Shown here: in pieces, positions 12,055-25,366 of the stretch
Layout of the letters: every line of letters begins with the position of its first letter
Position numbering within the stretch: position 1 is the first letter of the stretch
Source of the DNA: Balanoglossus misakiensis
Lineage: Eukaryota > Animalia > Hemichordata
Direction: 5' to 3'
Assembly: GCA_040954595.2 (NCBI GenBank)
Contig: CM082591.2
Span: forward strand, 3,953,957 to 4,017,956
DNA length: 64,000 bases
The notes under the pieces: model-generated
What the model was told of the DNA's origin: nothing
Seen by the model: the letters and a program-made list of their open reading frames with translations, nothing else
Databases searched by the model: none
Translations under genes and position numbers: made by a program

Positions 12055-13658
12055 AGGCCGAGTTACACGAGGCAACTCGGCAGGCAACTCGACGCGCAAC
12101 CCGAGTTGCTCGGTGAGTTGCCTCGTGTGTATGATGTAGTCGCCTCAATGGAACGCGTCTGGCGACGTCGCCTCGAAATCCGTCATGTCGGATTTTCGGG
12201 CGACGAGTTGCCTGACGCGCAATCGGTTGCCCCGCGTTACCACTTTGTCTCGAATAAATTCTGACATCTGCACATGCAAAAATGGTGTTTATTTGTTATT
12301 TTCCGAACCAGGAACTACATACTGTAGACCTGTAGACTTCCGAAAATATTGGGGAATAAGTATTTGCTATGAAATCGGATATTTGTATGTATTTATAGTT
12401 TAATATTTCAATTTAAACTCAAGTTTTGTTAAAGAAACTTTTAACTAATTATCTTGCCAGTGATGGTATAAAAAATAAACTACTATTCAGTTCCGCGAAA
12501 ATGGTTATGATGATTGACTCGACATTGATTGCGTTTCCGATTTTTGGGGTACCGTAACCAAATATCGTAACTGAATTTCAGAATAATAAAACGCCAGCTT
12601 ATGATTATCGCCCACAGTTCAAGAGTTCTTACACAGCCAGTGTACATCATATATCTTTTGGGGCAAAACACGTGTCTATTTCGCCCGGTCATGTCAACTT
12701 ATATAGAGTTATATTTGTATAATTTTACATACAAACAAATCTTTCAATCAATATATTTCTTCTTTAAAAAATATACTTCGTTATTATACAATGAAAAGTC
12801 CCACTTGCTTTGTTATTACTTTCACTGTATTTCGAAACACGGATTTTGTTTATTATCGATAACGTTTTTACAGATTGGCACGACTTTCGCTCCTCATTTT
12901 TCACACATTTGTATGATGTGCAGTTTGATAATTCAGTAATTTTAATGTTACATTTCGCAACAGTCTTCAATTTCCCCATAATCTTCTCCCCTGTCTTACG
13001 AGGATTTAAACTCGCCGGTTGATCTTTTATAAAAAAATATACCTGGTTTCAAGTACATTTTAAATAAAATAAGTCAATGTTTTTGTAATTAAACTTAAGT
13101 TACTCCTTTTTTTTATTAAAAAAATATTTAGTAACTTTAAATTTTGTCCAATTTGGTATCACGGTTAAAAATTCCGTATTGATTAAATTAAGCACCCAAG
13201 CTAGTATTTTTTCTTTACTCATATAGACTTGCATATCACGTGCTAACTGTGAAAAAAAACGTGTTTTCATTGATTAGGATTCTGTTGAAGTGCAATACTA
13301 GTTAGTTTATTATGTAAATAGTAAACATATTGGATAAAGTGTACGTATTGTATGCAGTTCAAATTCGCAAACTGTGTTTTTTTCAAGAAAAAATACCTGG
13401 TCAGATGACCAGTTTGATCAGCTAATTGATAAGTATAATATATGCATGCTGTTGCCAGAATAACCACCAAATTGATCGGATAAAGATCAAATTGAATATC
13501 GGCTTTTGAGGCGGGTGCACATGCGCAGCCGCTGTTTACGCCCAACTAGTTGCCAGTCGAGTCGCCCCGTGTAACCGTTCGATGTAGCGTCGCGACTCGG
13601 GTTGCGCGTCGAGTTGCCCACCGAGTTGCCTGCCGAGTTGCCTCGTGTAACTCGGCCT
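12055..13658. mobile_element. Non-autonomous PIF/Harbinger-type DNA transposon (1604 bp)
   Basis: TIR aggccgagttacacgaggcaactcggcaggcaactcg at both ends. TTA target duplication at 12052-12054 and 13659-13661. Subterminal GCAACTC/GAGTTGC repeats; AT-rich interior without a transposase ORF. Confidence 0.85.
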
Positions 13659-15365
13659 TTATTCCACTCCCAAACTGCTTGCTAAAATACCTAGTATTCT
13701 GCTAGTCAGCACAGCTCGGCAATGCCGTGCAATGTGAAGCAACAAGTTTTATAGTTACTCCACAGGCGGCGTGTTTCCAGGTATAGAGGCCTATCACACG
13801 TTTGTTTCGAATTATGCATATTCCTCGTATTTGTGTTGTCAAACCACCCTGTCTAGTCGGGAAGTTCTCTTGACAGATTTGGGTTAACCTGTACGCTGAC
13901 TGTCGCGTTCACACTCGCGTTGAACACGCACTGTCTGAAATCAGGTCGATCGATTGAAGTGCCATATCCGGGTTCATAATTCAGCGAGCACGTCTTCGAA
14001 AGTTCCCCGTTGAAACAATACATGTGAAAGACCCGGGCAACCTACTTTTGCAGTTCAGCGTTCTGCCCAGGTAAATCGGAAAGGACGCTGTACCTGTGAA
14101 GTATGTCAAATCGTGTGCGCTGGTAAGGAAGCTTCAAATAGACTGGCAGATTTAGTTGGCTCTTGTTCTCTTCCTGGAGTCCTGGAATTGGGGGCGCAAA
14201 GACGCAAACCGCAGTTGACCAAACAAGTCACTTGAATTTTCTGCCAAAATGTATACAACACGTCAACACCTCGCTAAATTATGGAAGCGTGTCTTAAAAT
14301 TAATTTGCCATGTAGGTATATGGTCGATTCAGTTGTGAAATAACCATGTCCTTCATATCAGCTGTACTTTTTTATTCATCTTCCAGAAGCACCATAGAAT
14401 TTAAAATCACAACATTCTAAGCGAACGAGGTAAATACTAAGAACATTGCGAAAAAATCGACAGCATGTCAGTAAACAAGCTTTAAACACAAATAACATTT
14501 ACATACATTTACATGTAAAGACGTTTTCTTCTTCACCAGCTGCAGTTAGTGTACTCTTCGTTTAGTTTCCATGGCGACATGGATACATTAACTTAAATAA
14601 TTCCTCAAAATGTAAACACAAATGTAATATCAGTCTTGAAACGACTGTCTCACCCGAAAACATAAAAATATGCATTGATTAATTTTTCAGTATTGAACGC
14701 CCTGGTGTATGGGCGCATCAACTCGGAATTTTGAACAGCGACCTCACTGGTTAACTTTGAGAATACTGTCCTTTTAGTTAGCGACTATTGCACTCCACGA
14801 CCAAGGTATTCAGGCTGTCAACAATGAACAAAAATATTACAACAAATAACTAAAAATAATACCGATACTGCCACTTTAAAATGCCAGAATTACAGACGAG
14901 AAAGAAACCAATAAAAATTGGAACTTTTGTGTCATTGAACACGGCAGTCCATGTATTGTTTGTTATGTGTGATGAGAATGTCCTCCCACATAATTTGCCT
15001 AACCACACGAGATCTCGTTGGGTCTCGTGGAGTTCGGAAAATGGTCTATAACCGAGGTAGTAGAAGAAACTTGTGTATCAATTAAATTTTCCATGTCCTT
15101 CTACCCTTAGAATACCCAACATATACCCAGAGTTTTTCTCACCAACAAGTAAAATATGGTTCGTATGAATTTATATGTCTCCCCGATTGATGACCCTTCC
15201 CTGAGAGACAGCTATTCACAGGAATATGTTTACTGGGTGACGGTACTTCCGTTTCCGTCTTGCTACTTCCGGTCGGGTACACGACTATTCTACATGCCTC
15301 TCCATCTCTGTCGATGGCGTGTCTGTAATCCGTGTTGAGAGTGATCGAGGCTCCTACATGTCCAT

Positions 15366-17856
15366 CTAATTCGGGACATCTGTGAGCTTCATATATCGGG
15401 AGACGCCGACAAATATAACGGCGATCATGCCAAAGGCGATCGGCAGTGAGTGAGCCAGGACGGCGCCCATCCAATTGACCTGACGAGTTGAACTTTCTGA
15501 CGAAGGCACACCTGCAGCAGATGGTATACTATAATTTCAACAACAGTCTTGGGTGAATCTTTCTCAAAGCGAGAACAGCTGTGACTGGTAAAGAGGAGGG
15601 TCGTCTGAACTGCGCATGAGCGTATTTTCTGTTCATAAACACACAATCAGCATTGTCCACTGTTCAGGGAGACCCTGTCAAACCGATACATGTTTTATCA
15701 AAGTAACAAGGAAATGTGATGAAAAAGTAAAAATTGTTTTCCATGTATTTTCTGTCTTTACCTGCAACTAGGGATGGTTTTGAAGGCTTCCATCGATCGT
15801 TCCTCGGATTATTTTTTAATCGTTGCTCAGTGAGAAATCTTCGCCAGTCGGGTGGGTCAAGAGGCAGAAGGATTTGCACGTGATTCCAGAATCTGTGGAG
15901 TGAACAGGGCATTTGGGGTTAGTGAAGACTGTATGTGATCTACGAGAGAGTGAGAGAGAGAGAGGGGGGATATATGTTGACTGAATTTGTTTTGAAAGTA
16001 AAATCTAGAAGAGAATGCCAAAATACACTGCTAATAGCCACCCTAATATTCCTTACCGATAATGGAATACATCTGGCGTTCTGGATATGCGGTTATTGAA
16101 ACCAATGTAGAGATCATCCCAGAACATCCCATGAACTATGGTCTGCCGATGCACACCAATTCTGTTCTTTATCTAAACGAACAACATTTATGATTAATGG
16201 AAACTTTGATAAAGGTTATATTTGATGGCAGTTTCAAATTCAATTCAAACGATGGGGCACTGTTCAACGCTTGGTAACATACGTCCCTTGAGTGTTCATT
16301 GCTTATGCTATTTTTCCACGTCAGAATAATCCATAGAAGAAGCGCTAAATTTGCGCAGGCGAAAAACACGATATCGAAATTTCTCGGATGCACTCACCTC
16401 CAAATAATTCCTCGTTCCATCGGGTGGCCGCTCGGGAAACGTCGGAACCTCACCCGAGAAGTCGACATAATAGTCGTAGCCGCCCTCTATCGGTTGAAAT
16501 AGGTCATCGGTTTCGACCATCTGTAGCAGAAATCGAAATGTTGGTGAATTACGCAGAACGACGGTTTTATACCAGACTGCGTTGGGAGTACTGATGTATA
16601 CCCGCAATGTTATGATGTCTGTGACACTATAATGGCGGCAATACTTTATGGAGCCCCAAGATTACATAAATGCCTACAGGAACTGTCGCAGTGAACATAG
16701 GCTTGTCCGTCACATCTGAAGAAGAAGTAAACGACTTACCCTGATGACCAGATCATAGTTCTTAAAGTCACACCATTTATAGTAAAACTCTATCCATTCG
16801 GGGTATGCAAATATCTCGTTATATATATTGTCGTTTATGGCATCGATGTACTTGTCAAAATCCCACCTGAAAGTGATAAAATTGGACACGTGTCTGTAGC
16901 GTGCTGTGCTTCATCTATTGAAACTTTCAAACTCATTATAATAACACGCGCCAAACATTGGAACATTTCTATGTCAACCAGTTCACCAAGTTGGCTCGTA
17001 TCGCAACACGTTATACCATCTGCCGATTTGGAAGTATTATGATCATTTTGGTTCATTTGACAACAATTTCCTTGTGGTTTTGTAGTGTAAGCACACGATG
17101 TGTGCCGCCTGCAATTTATTTTCAAATTGGGAAACTCGTGTTTCACATGGACCAATTTCTGGAGTGTGATGTTCCACTTACGAATCTTTGTAAACCTTTG
17201 CCCCTTCCGGGGGTTTCGTTAGAGCTGATCTGAAATGAAGGAAAAGGGAAGATGTAAACAATGTGCATATATATTGAAGACATCAATGGAATGCTTTTAC
17301 ATGTACTTCAGTCACCTATTTCAAAACTATTGTGGTGTGTACACATTGGCATTAGAATCTCCACAAAATAAAACAATATATTGTCTGTCAACTTAGGGTA
17401 AGGAGATGATTGAAATATTTTATCTATTAAAATACGCTACAATAGGCAGTATTGGGGCTTTACAATAGAGGAAGACAGTCAAAATTTCACTCACTCGACA
17501 CAGCCACTTCGCAAGGCCTTCTCGAGGTCGAGGGTTACACCTGGCAGTGGAGTCCATGTTGCAATGTTGGGTGAATATTTTCTGACGAGGTCATTTAGAG
17601 CACAGGGGTCATTCTTGATGTTGGTCCTCCGTAGGTAGCTACAGAAAGGAATGTGGCAGAGATATTTGGAACAATGTAACCAAATCTAACAAAATGCGTC
17701 GAACACGCTGACTAGACTAGACGCCAGTTCACCCAGCCTAACAGGCAACTGGGTGTGGAATTCCAAGGATTTGGGAACGACACTCGTGGCTTTAATAACG
17801 TAGACTGGACAATTTTAAACTAAAATTGCCTGAATAAATTCCCAATAAAACACGAA

Positions 17857-17925
<69 letters not shown>

Positions 17926-20877
17926 AAACATAATGTTGTTTTTATGTTGCTGTTAGTTATTCACCTGTCAGATGGATGAGCTTCAACGAAGTAACCAGCA
18001 AATGGCAGATAGATTCTTGGATTAACTTGGCGAATGACTTGAGTCTTGTAGAAAAGAAGTTTTCGTCTCTCAGTTTTGACAAATCTTTCCTTCCATTCTT
18101 CTAATAACCCAATATACAGACATGATTGTTAAATGTATTTCGTGACAGATACGATTTCTTAGTCAACTAACCACACATTTTAAAGAAAGGAACCAACAAA
18201 CCGATTTGTGTGTCTGTCTGTCCTGTGTGCGTGTGTGTTTCTGTCTGTCTGTCTTCTGCCTGCCTGCCTGCTTGTTTGTCGACTGTCTGTCTGTCTGTCT
18301 TTCTATCTTTTATCGGCATAGAACACATTTGAATAAAATCGCGAACAGGTCGCCAAACTGTCTAAAGATCTGTCTTTTTGTACTGTCTCATTTGACCAAC
18401 AAAAATCCCTATGATTGTATGCAAAATTATCACCCGAGACTTACTTCCGCTACAAGCGGAAGTGAATTTCAAAAGTGTGTCAATCGTCGCTTGGCATCCT
18501 ACCTGTATATCTCCCGCCATAAAACGTCATGGGATACCCGGATGCACCTCCAGCGAAATCGGACATCATGAGGTCGACATTCTCCGGCAGAATCCCGCCA
18601 TTAGGGTTGGTGCAATCAACAGTGTTTAGGATTATGTGACCTAGTAGACGATATTAATATATGTAGGAATTTGAAACTACAAAGTGTGTGGACGTTTACT
18701 GCTTTGTTTTATTTAATAGGTCAATGCGTGCAAGGGCATGTAGCACATTCAATATGCTAATACGGTGACGTCACGTTATCTCTTTTTGTTCTCCCCTAAC
18801 AGCAAGTCGGGGCAAGTGAAGAGGCGATATAAAAGCACAGATTCTTACCTTTGTAATCGATGAGTAGACACGTGTCTAGTTCCGGATGAACGCCATCCAT
18901 AAGAATCATAAATCGTAGATTGTTGTTAACCTGTAAATACATGAACATGTGTACGCCTACATTTAAGTGTCCATGCTCGCCCAGACCAACAGCATGTAGA
19001 AGCCCTCTATGAAGTTGAAGCATATCTCCTTCGTATGTATGCAGGTCATCCAACCGACAAAATTGAGTACATTCAATGTACATGTACTAAGTGTTAGGCA
19101 TATACATAAGTACATGTACATGTATAGCAGCAGTGCGATATGCTTAAATGTTTCAGATTAGTTCAGTGCACTACGAAACGATGTTCTGGAGTGCACTGGA
19201 CAAAGCGCTAGCTTCTCACCTCCTTCCACACGCCGAATTCCAGCACATTTATGTTGTTCATCTTCACGCCATTTTGGGCAGATTTGCAAAACACCGGAGT
19301 TGACGTGTTTCCCACGTATATGGGAACATCCGGGTTCTTAGCTTGAAGGAGCTTTAGGGTTGGGTAACTGTGTTTAAAGGAAAGTTCGCGGCAAAAAATG
19401 TTAGCTTCTCTGCACGGAAGCAGAACGCTAGAAACTCGTTTCAGGAGGTCGATTCTTGCATGATATATAAATCTCCATTCGCATTTGTATTGAAAAACAC
19501 CAACTTTGTATGACTTGTTGAAGCATTCTTTCAACTATAAATTGCTATACATACATCACTATGAAAGATAACTGTTGCACATTCTAAATGTATATGTTCC
19601 TTTATACTGATTCAGAAAGCGGCATTACCTGAGATGATCGGAATGGGCGTGACTTATGTAAATGAGATCAGCCGAAGCAAGGCGACTCAGCCAATCAGAG
19701 GGAGGTTCATGAAGCAACCACCAACCACGTGCGAAAGAAGGCCCGGTCAACCAAGGGTCAGTGATCATGCGCACGCCATCAAAGTTTATCTCAAGACACG
19801 CGTGAGTGAGGTAGGTCACCTGTTTCGAAGGAAAGAATGATAAAATTTGTGAAATCTTATCCTAAAGGCTCCTAATATATCCTGAATAAGATTTGGGTTT
19901 TAGAATAATTACCGTTACTTCTCCTGGTCGAAGCGGTTCCTTGGCACGTTTCATGTGTTGCCATGGTTGTGGTGGCTTCAGTTCCAACAGACGCAGGCAG
20001 CCATTTTCATCCAGTTCACCGACTGAAAGCAAGCATTGTTGACGAGACAAAAAATCAAGGTTGCTCAGCAACTTGTCGTACATGGTAGATGCCCAGAAAT
20101 CACAAAGGCGACAACAAAGGCTGTAGAATTCATTCCGATCCCGGCTAACAGGTCGTCACACGCCGAATCTCAAGTTTAAAGGTACACGGTCACCTATGTA
20201 AATTTAGCTACAGTAACCATGGCAAAATAAGATCGAGTCAATCACAGATTTTAGTTGGTGGCACATGCGAAAAAAGTGCGCCACAATTTGTTCTTTAAAA
20301 CACTGAAATGCTCCATTTTAGCAGCATGTGGGCGTATGTAAATTGGAGGTGACCGTGTGTACCTTTAACTGTTAAAGTTTCGGGAGGTAAACATGTAACA
20401 AACAAGTAACAATTCGTCTTACTCAGTTCATCTTGCTTGAAGCTGTCCGGCGGATTCACATACCGCATGGTCTCACTGTTAAGCTTCCATCCATGTTTCG
20501 TGCAGCGGACAACACTGGAATTAAAAGATATCGACAACATGTACTGAAATAGACTAATTCCTGAACTCCTCGAGACCCTTCGAGATTTCTCGTGGTTAGA
20601 CAATTATGGAGGACATATTCCCGTGACACAGGACAAAACGAAAAATCGTATACTCTTGTGTTTACCTTGAATCCAAGTCTTCGATATCCTTGATGAACAC
20701 CCCGCCTTGGTGCTTGCAGCGATTCCGACAAGCTCGGTAGACGGGCACGCCGTTGTCGTCACCCACGAAAACCACGAATTTCTCTCCCTCGGAACGATGC
20801 ACCAAGTTCACCCCCGGCGAGAGTGACTTTGTTTCCGTCTCGTCCAGTTGGAGAGCTGTCGCTGTCTGTTGCAGCAT
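15366..20877 (-). CDS. CMAH: CMP-N-acetylneuraminic acid hydroxylase (Rieske + metallo-beta-lactamase-like fold), ~647 aa, with C-terminal transmembrane tail
   Basis: 15 phase-compatible GT-AG exons: 20877-20666, 20514-20423, 20022-19913, 19819-19629, 19367-19220, 18930-18849, 18640-18503, 18100-17965, 17638-17495, 17229-17182, 16866-16740, 16520-16398, 16172-16057, 15892-15762, 15511-15366. Motifs CKHQGG / CTKHGW (Rieske), TYLTHAC, DPWLTGPSFARGWWLLHEPPSDW, YISHAHSDHLS, FMILMDGVHPELDTC, SDFAGGASGYPMTF, WDDLYIGF and FWNH. Confidence 0.97.
15590..15662 (+). mobile_element. MITE fragment in the last CMAH intron
   Basis: aaagaggagggtcgtctgaactgcgcatgagcgtattttctgttcataaacacac aligns with the left end of the MITE at 23345 (aggagagtgtcgtccgaactgcgcacgtgcaacttttctgtttctaaaaacac). 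Confidence 0.6.
17860..17925. repeat. (GAT)~22 microsatellite in a CMAH intron
   Basis: Perfect trinucleotide run. Confidence 0.95.
20180..20364 (+). mobile_element. MITE family A, complete copy in a CMAH intron
   Basis: TTAA-aggtacacggtcacc...ggtgaccgtgtgtacct-TTAA: terminal inverted repeat with TTAA on both sides. Confidence 0.75.
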
Positions 20878-21291
20878 GGTGGTGCTCTGGACAGATACCG
20901 TGATACACTGGAAGAGTAGCAGAAATCAGTGTGCGAACTCAGTCGTTGTGAAAGTTCATAGCAATGTGTTGCTGCGTGGGGTCTAGATTAGAAATTCACT
21001 TTTTGAAATGATAATTTCTCCACTGTTTACACAACTATCACGTAACAAGCAATTTAAATATTATAACCTTCCGGTCCAAAAACATGTTCCGATGTTCCGT
21101 TTCATTTCTCGTTCCTCATCTAACATATGGTGCGCTCCGAGAGACACGTCTATACTGATAATTTTTACCATAGATTTAGCGGTGTTTATTTTTAGGCATT
21201 TTAGTGGCAAAAATATTTATACTATATTTTTTCCTTCGGATAAACTCTTTTCGTCTGATGAAAATATCGGAACAATGCGATACAGAGTCAT

Positions 21292-21444
21292 TGTTACGAC
21301 ACATATAGGTTGGGATTTTAAATCACAATAAAGTTGGGATTTTTAATCAAAAGAGAAATAAAATTACAATTCTCTTTTGATATACATGTATTAAAAATCC
21401 CAACTTATTTTGATTAATAATTCCAACCAATATATGTCGTAACA
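21292..21444. repeat. ~150 bp imperfect palindrome (foldback/MITE-like)
   Basis: tgttacgacacatata...aagttgggatttttaatcaaaagagaa is mirrored by ttctcttttgat...attaaaaatcccaactt...tatatgtcgtaaca. Confidence 0.75.
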
Positions 21445-21463
21445 GCATGAGATGCTTACTTAC

Positions 21464-21760
21464 CGCTATTATCTATCTAATGCTTCAACTGATGCCGATT
21501 ACTGCTTTTATCTCATAAAAAGATGACCACAGGATTGAAAAACTCGTTCGAAAGATCAGACACGATCAACCGCTGTATAGCTAGTTTTATTCGTGTTGCT
21601 TGTTTGTACGGGTGGATTCGCAAATTTATCAACACGGGGCAGTCTGCGCATGCTTCGCCCACTCTAATTTATGCGCGAGTGAATCAGTGTGGGGAAAGAT
21701 GGAAACCTTTCGCCTGTGTACGGTCACTTCCCAGGTTTCGCGCGCGTCCGGGTTTTTTTA
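21464..21760 (-). promoter_or_regulatory. Probable non-coding first exon and promoter of CMAH
   Basis: The ATG exon has an acceptor ctcttccag at 20907/20908. A strong minus-strand donor (agcg|gtaagt) sits at 21464. A CpG-rich patch at ~21640-21750 carries GCGCATGC, CACTTCC and TTTCGCGCG motifs. Confidence 0.5.
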
Positions 21761-22659
21761 GACATTTCAGTGTTAATTGCTGCGATGTGGGGTTTAAATT
21801 AGAATGCTATGCCCGCGACACGAAACGTGAAGAAGTTTTTTCGTCTAGAGAAACCTTAAATTTACCTGTGGACCACCGCAGAGAAACAATAGCCGGTGGC
21901 CAATTAGAGAGTTTTCCTCGAATCTTCACGTGAGAGAGACTGTTTCCCCCTTTCGCTGTTGGCATGACGTGTAGCAGGCTACTAAAGGGTTACGTGAGAC
22001 GAGGCGGACTCTGCAGAGTAATCAGCACTGCGCCCTTTGTTCTGCTAATTGACTGTTCCGATTTATGTACAACAGAGAAAATTATCTCAAGTTAGATAAT
22101 GTGGAATGCCCGGTCCTTTGATTTATAATTTATCAAGGAATAAACGTTTGACATTGTCGACTTCCTAGTCCGTGAAAAAACAAAGGCGAAAATTAAGACT
22201 TAGCTTTAAAAAGGTGGCACTTTTCGTTCAGCTTGTAATCTTACTCTTAGTCTGACGGGCTGGGCCTTTTCGAGTGTTATAAAGTAGGAGAATAATGAAA
22301 ATACTTGAACAGGATTGTACCGGTAAAAGCACTTGTACTTATAATATGAGAATACATTTAACGAGGTGATAAGCCCCCCCCCCCTCCTCCCTACCGTATA
22401 TACTTCTTTAAAGGCTCTAAGTTCAGTTTCCGGCCTTTTTTCTTAGTGATGGACGTGAGAAAACATCGCGTTGGGTGGGGCAGTGTCCATGGAAACAAGT
22501 CACCTAATTAGGTGTGTTTTTTTCAGAATCCATGTTATGTTTTTTATTTGAAAAATGAAGAGCTCGGCACTCTCCTGTTGTAAAAACTAAACGTTGAGAT
22601 TATCAGAAACTCTCCTTGTAGAAAGTTTTAACGGACTCTCCGTGAGTAATGGCCGCGGG

Positions 22660-22729
22660 GCGGAAGGACAGACGGACGGACGAGCCCAACAAACTAGTCC
22701 ACCCCTCGGACTTCGTCTACGGGGACTAG
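22660..22729 (+). mobile_element. 3' remnant of a Helentron/DINE-1 (HINE)-like repeat
   Basis: A short (GGAC/AGAC)n tract is followed by a terminal hairpin ctagtcc...ggggactag. This matches HINE-type architecture, but only a fragment is visible. Confidence 0.35.
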
Positions 22730-23344
22730 CCTCGTTTACTCACGGTGACATCCACGCAGTGTAACTGCCATGGCTAGTTTAATATTAAAACATGGGCTGG
22801 GTGGGATCTGACTGGTTCCAACGGCGCAACAGTCGTGGACAACAGACAAGCTGCATGATTTGCAACATTCTTCCGGGACTTTGTGTAAAATTTGGAAACT
22901 GTAAATAATAGTATACATGGTAGCTTACCATATTAAACTTGTCATCAGGTTGTGACCTAGGCCACATGTGTGACTTGGTCTATGACATGACGGGGCAGTC
23001 AGTGTATGAAACAACTTCCGACTATGGTGACGTACACCTTCTGGTCTAGGTGTCATTCGGAAACATATTTGGAATCGCTAGTGAACACAGATTACTACCA
23101 AACCGTCCGTTTTTGAACAAGTGTATGCACACATAACCAAGCATGCACGTTGGCACGTCTGTCTACGGCTTTTGTTGGCACAGAGATTTCCAAGTTAATT
23201 TTTAACCAACACAAGTCAAGTGCCTATTTTACGGAATGTGAAGCAGCGCCCCCGCTTGGTCAGGTTGCCCAGCCATTATTCTATTTCGGCTGACTCTCGC
23301 GGTGAAAAAACGACGTTTAAACACAGACTTTGTCTGTGGTTTAA

Positions 23345-23512
23345 AGGAGAGTGTCGTCCGAACTGCGCACGTGCAACTTTTCTGTTTCTAAAAACACATT
23401 GTTTCCACTTATCTTGCCTTGCTACACGTGTCGTGTGTGCCACCAACAGAAAAACTTTGACTGGCTATGAACAATTTCTCCATGGTGGCAGTGCGCAGTT
23501 GACCGAATACCT
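23345..23512 (-). mobile_element. MITE (family A-related), TTAA-flanked
   Basis: TTAA-agg...tacct-TTAA. Contains the reverse complement of the family A core (gtgtgccaccaac...tgactggcta). Confidence 0.6.
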
Positions 23513-25366
23513 TTAAACTCACACCAATGCCAGAATGAGAATTTCACACGGAGATCATCGCGACAGTCATGGTTATAACCCTTTAGGTCTTGTCGACAAA
23601 GCCGTTTCAAATCTGAAACTTCCCTGGGCCATATTAAACTGTTCACACATATATACATGTACCAATTTATGCCAGTATTTGAGCTGAGACGTTTCAGAAA
23701 CGTTTAATGGTCCTGTGTGAACGCCACATAAAAGAAGTCGCCGTACCCCACATCTGACTTTAATCAGATTGAGAGCTAATCCTGATTCTGCTTTTGACTC
23801 TGTCACCATATGCCGTCACTCCCTACGCCGATTGATCTTCCCTGAAGGTGGACTGATATGCAGAAAAACTTATAGTCCGCTCAACCTTTCAATTCTTTGT
23901 GATATCGAATTGTGTAAGGGGTCGAGTCGTTTTGAAAACACAGAACTTAGAAATCTGGCCAGCCACAGTCTTGTTTTCACAAAAATCCTCCCGTCAATTT
24001 TTCTCCAGAGTTAACACGAAAATCGGCGCCCATTTTTGATTCTCAAATTTGAGGTAATTTTGCTCTCTCATTCAGAATGGTGGAGGGAACACTTTTTGTA
24101 TGCTCAAGCATAGAGCAAATAATCTATAACGATGCCTTGAGCAAAACCTTACATTTTGAGCACAATCGGGCTGACAGTATCGACTACATTTGTACTTTAT
24201 GAATTATAGGCCTTGCTCAACAGTGGGTCAAATCTTTTGTTTCCAATAAACAGTTACGTACTAACACAAAGGCTTTCTAGTTTGCCTTCATTGTACTGCC
24301 CTGGGATTGAGAAAAAGGCCTTTAAAAAGTTATCTCTATCTATATCTGCAGGCTATCATATCTGTGTAACTTAGATTTTCACAACAAGACAAGCAAATCG
24401 AAAATAACGGGGCTTTAACACAAAGTTAAACATAGGACTAAATAGCTATTACCCTATACGAACTCCGGCGAACATTGCAGTTTAGAAACAAAAGTGGAAA
24501 AAGGGGACGAAAATCTTATCAAAACTAATATGGAATGTTGACATTGCATCGAATCATATGTATACACGGAGGATATAGTGCATTTCACTTACAGTTTCAC
24601 GTTTTCGGGGCAAGTTCCGTCAGTGTCGATGGATCTGAAAACTGAAGTAGTTTTGGTCCGTCAGTCCGTTCACAGCGGAGACGGAGAACACCGACCACAC
24701 ACACACACTCTACAGAGAGAGACAGACCAGTTTTTTTTTTACATGTAATTTAAATTTACGTCACCTGTGCTTCAGTTTTATAAGTGCAAGGTAATCCTAT
24801 TAGTACTTGTCGTGGTTTCTCCACTAGTGACGTCCCTGTTGAACACGTGCATCCGCGCTGTCCGTAATTCGGAAGAGGGATTTATGTTATCCCCGGCCAG
24901 AGCTTTTTTCTGTCGCGGATGGATACACGAAAATGCCCTGCAGGCATGTGATATCCATTGAAGAGACTCTCTCGGGTGAAAAAGACTACATTATTTCTCA
25001 AGAAATCATTCATTTTGATGAACGTGTTACTTGTCGTATTGACAGCAAATTGGAAGTTTTTTGTGTGGAATCGGTCTTCCAAATCAAACGACCACAGCTG
25101 TTTTTAATTCTTTGCGGATTTTCTCTTGTGTGGTGTGATGATGCGATACATATGCCTAGTTACCTTGTTTCGCCATTATGTGACACACAACTTGTTTAAT
25201 AACACTTTAGCGAATAAACACACAGTTGCAACAGACGGTACACCAAAGAAAATATATGATTTTCCGCTCATCGCGAAATATCGCGAGACTTTGTTAAGGC
25301 AAAAAATGTGCTGTTCCGATTACGAGACCTCCTCTAATTTTAACCCGCCGACCCTAAACATTTTAA

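Noticed and set aside
11995-12939. ORFs inside the Harbinger element
   Set aside because: Short, with no DDE or Myb motifs; the element is non-autonomous.
15530-15628. Two in-frame TGA codons between the alternative CMAH acceptors (selenocysteine or readthrough?)
   Set aside because: The segment is partly MITE-derived intron, the residues are not catalytic, I recognised no SECIS, and the 15511 acceptor explains the TM frame more simply.
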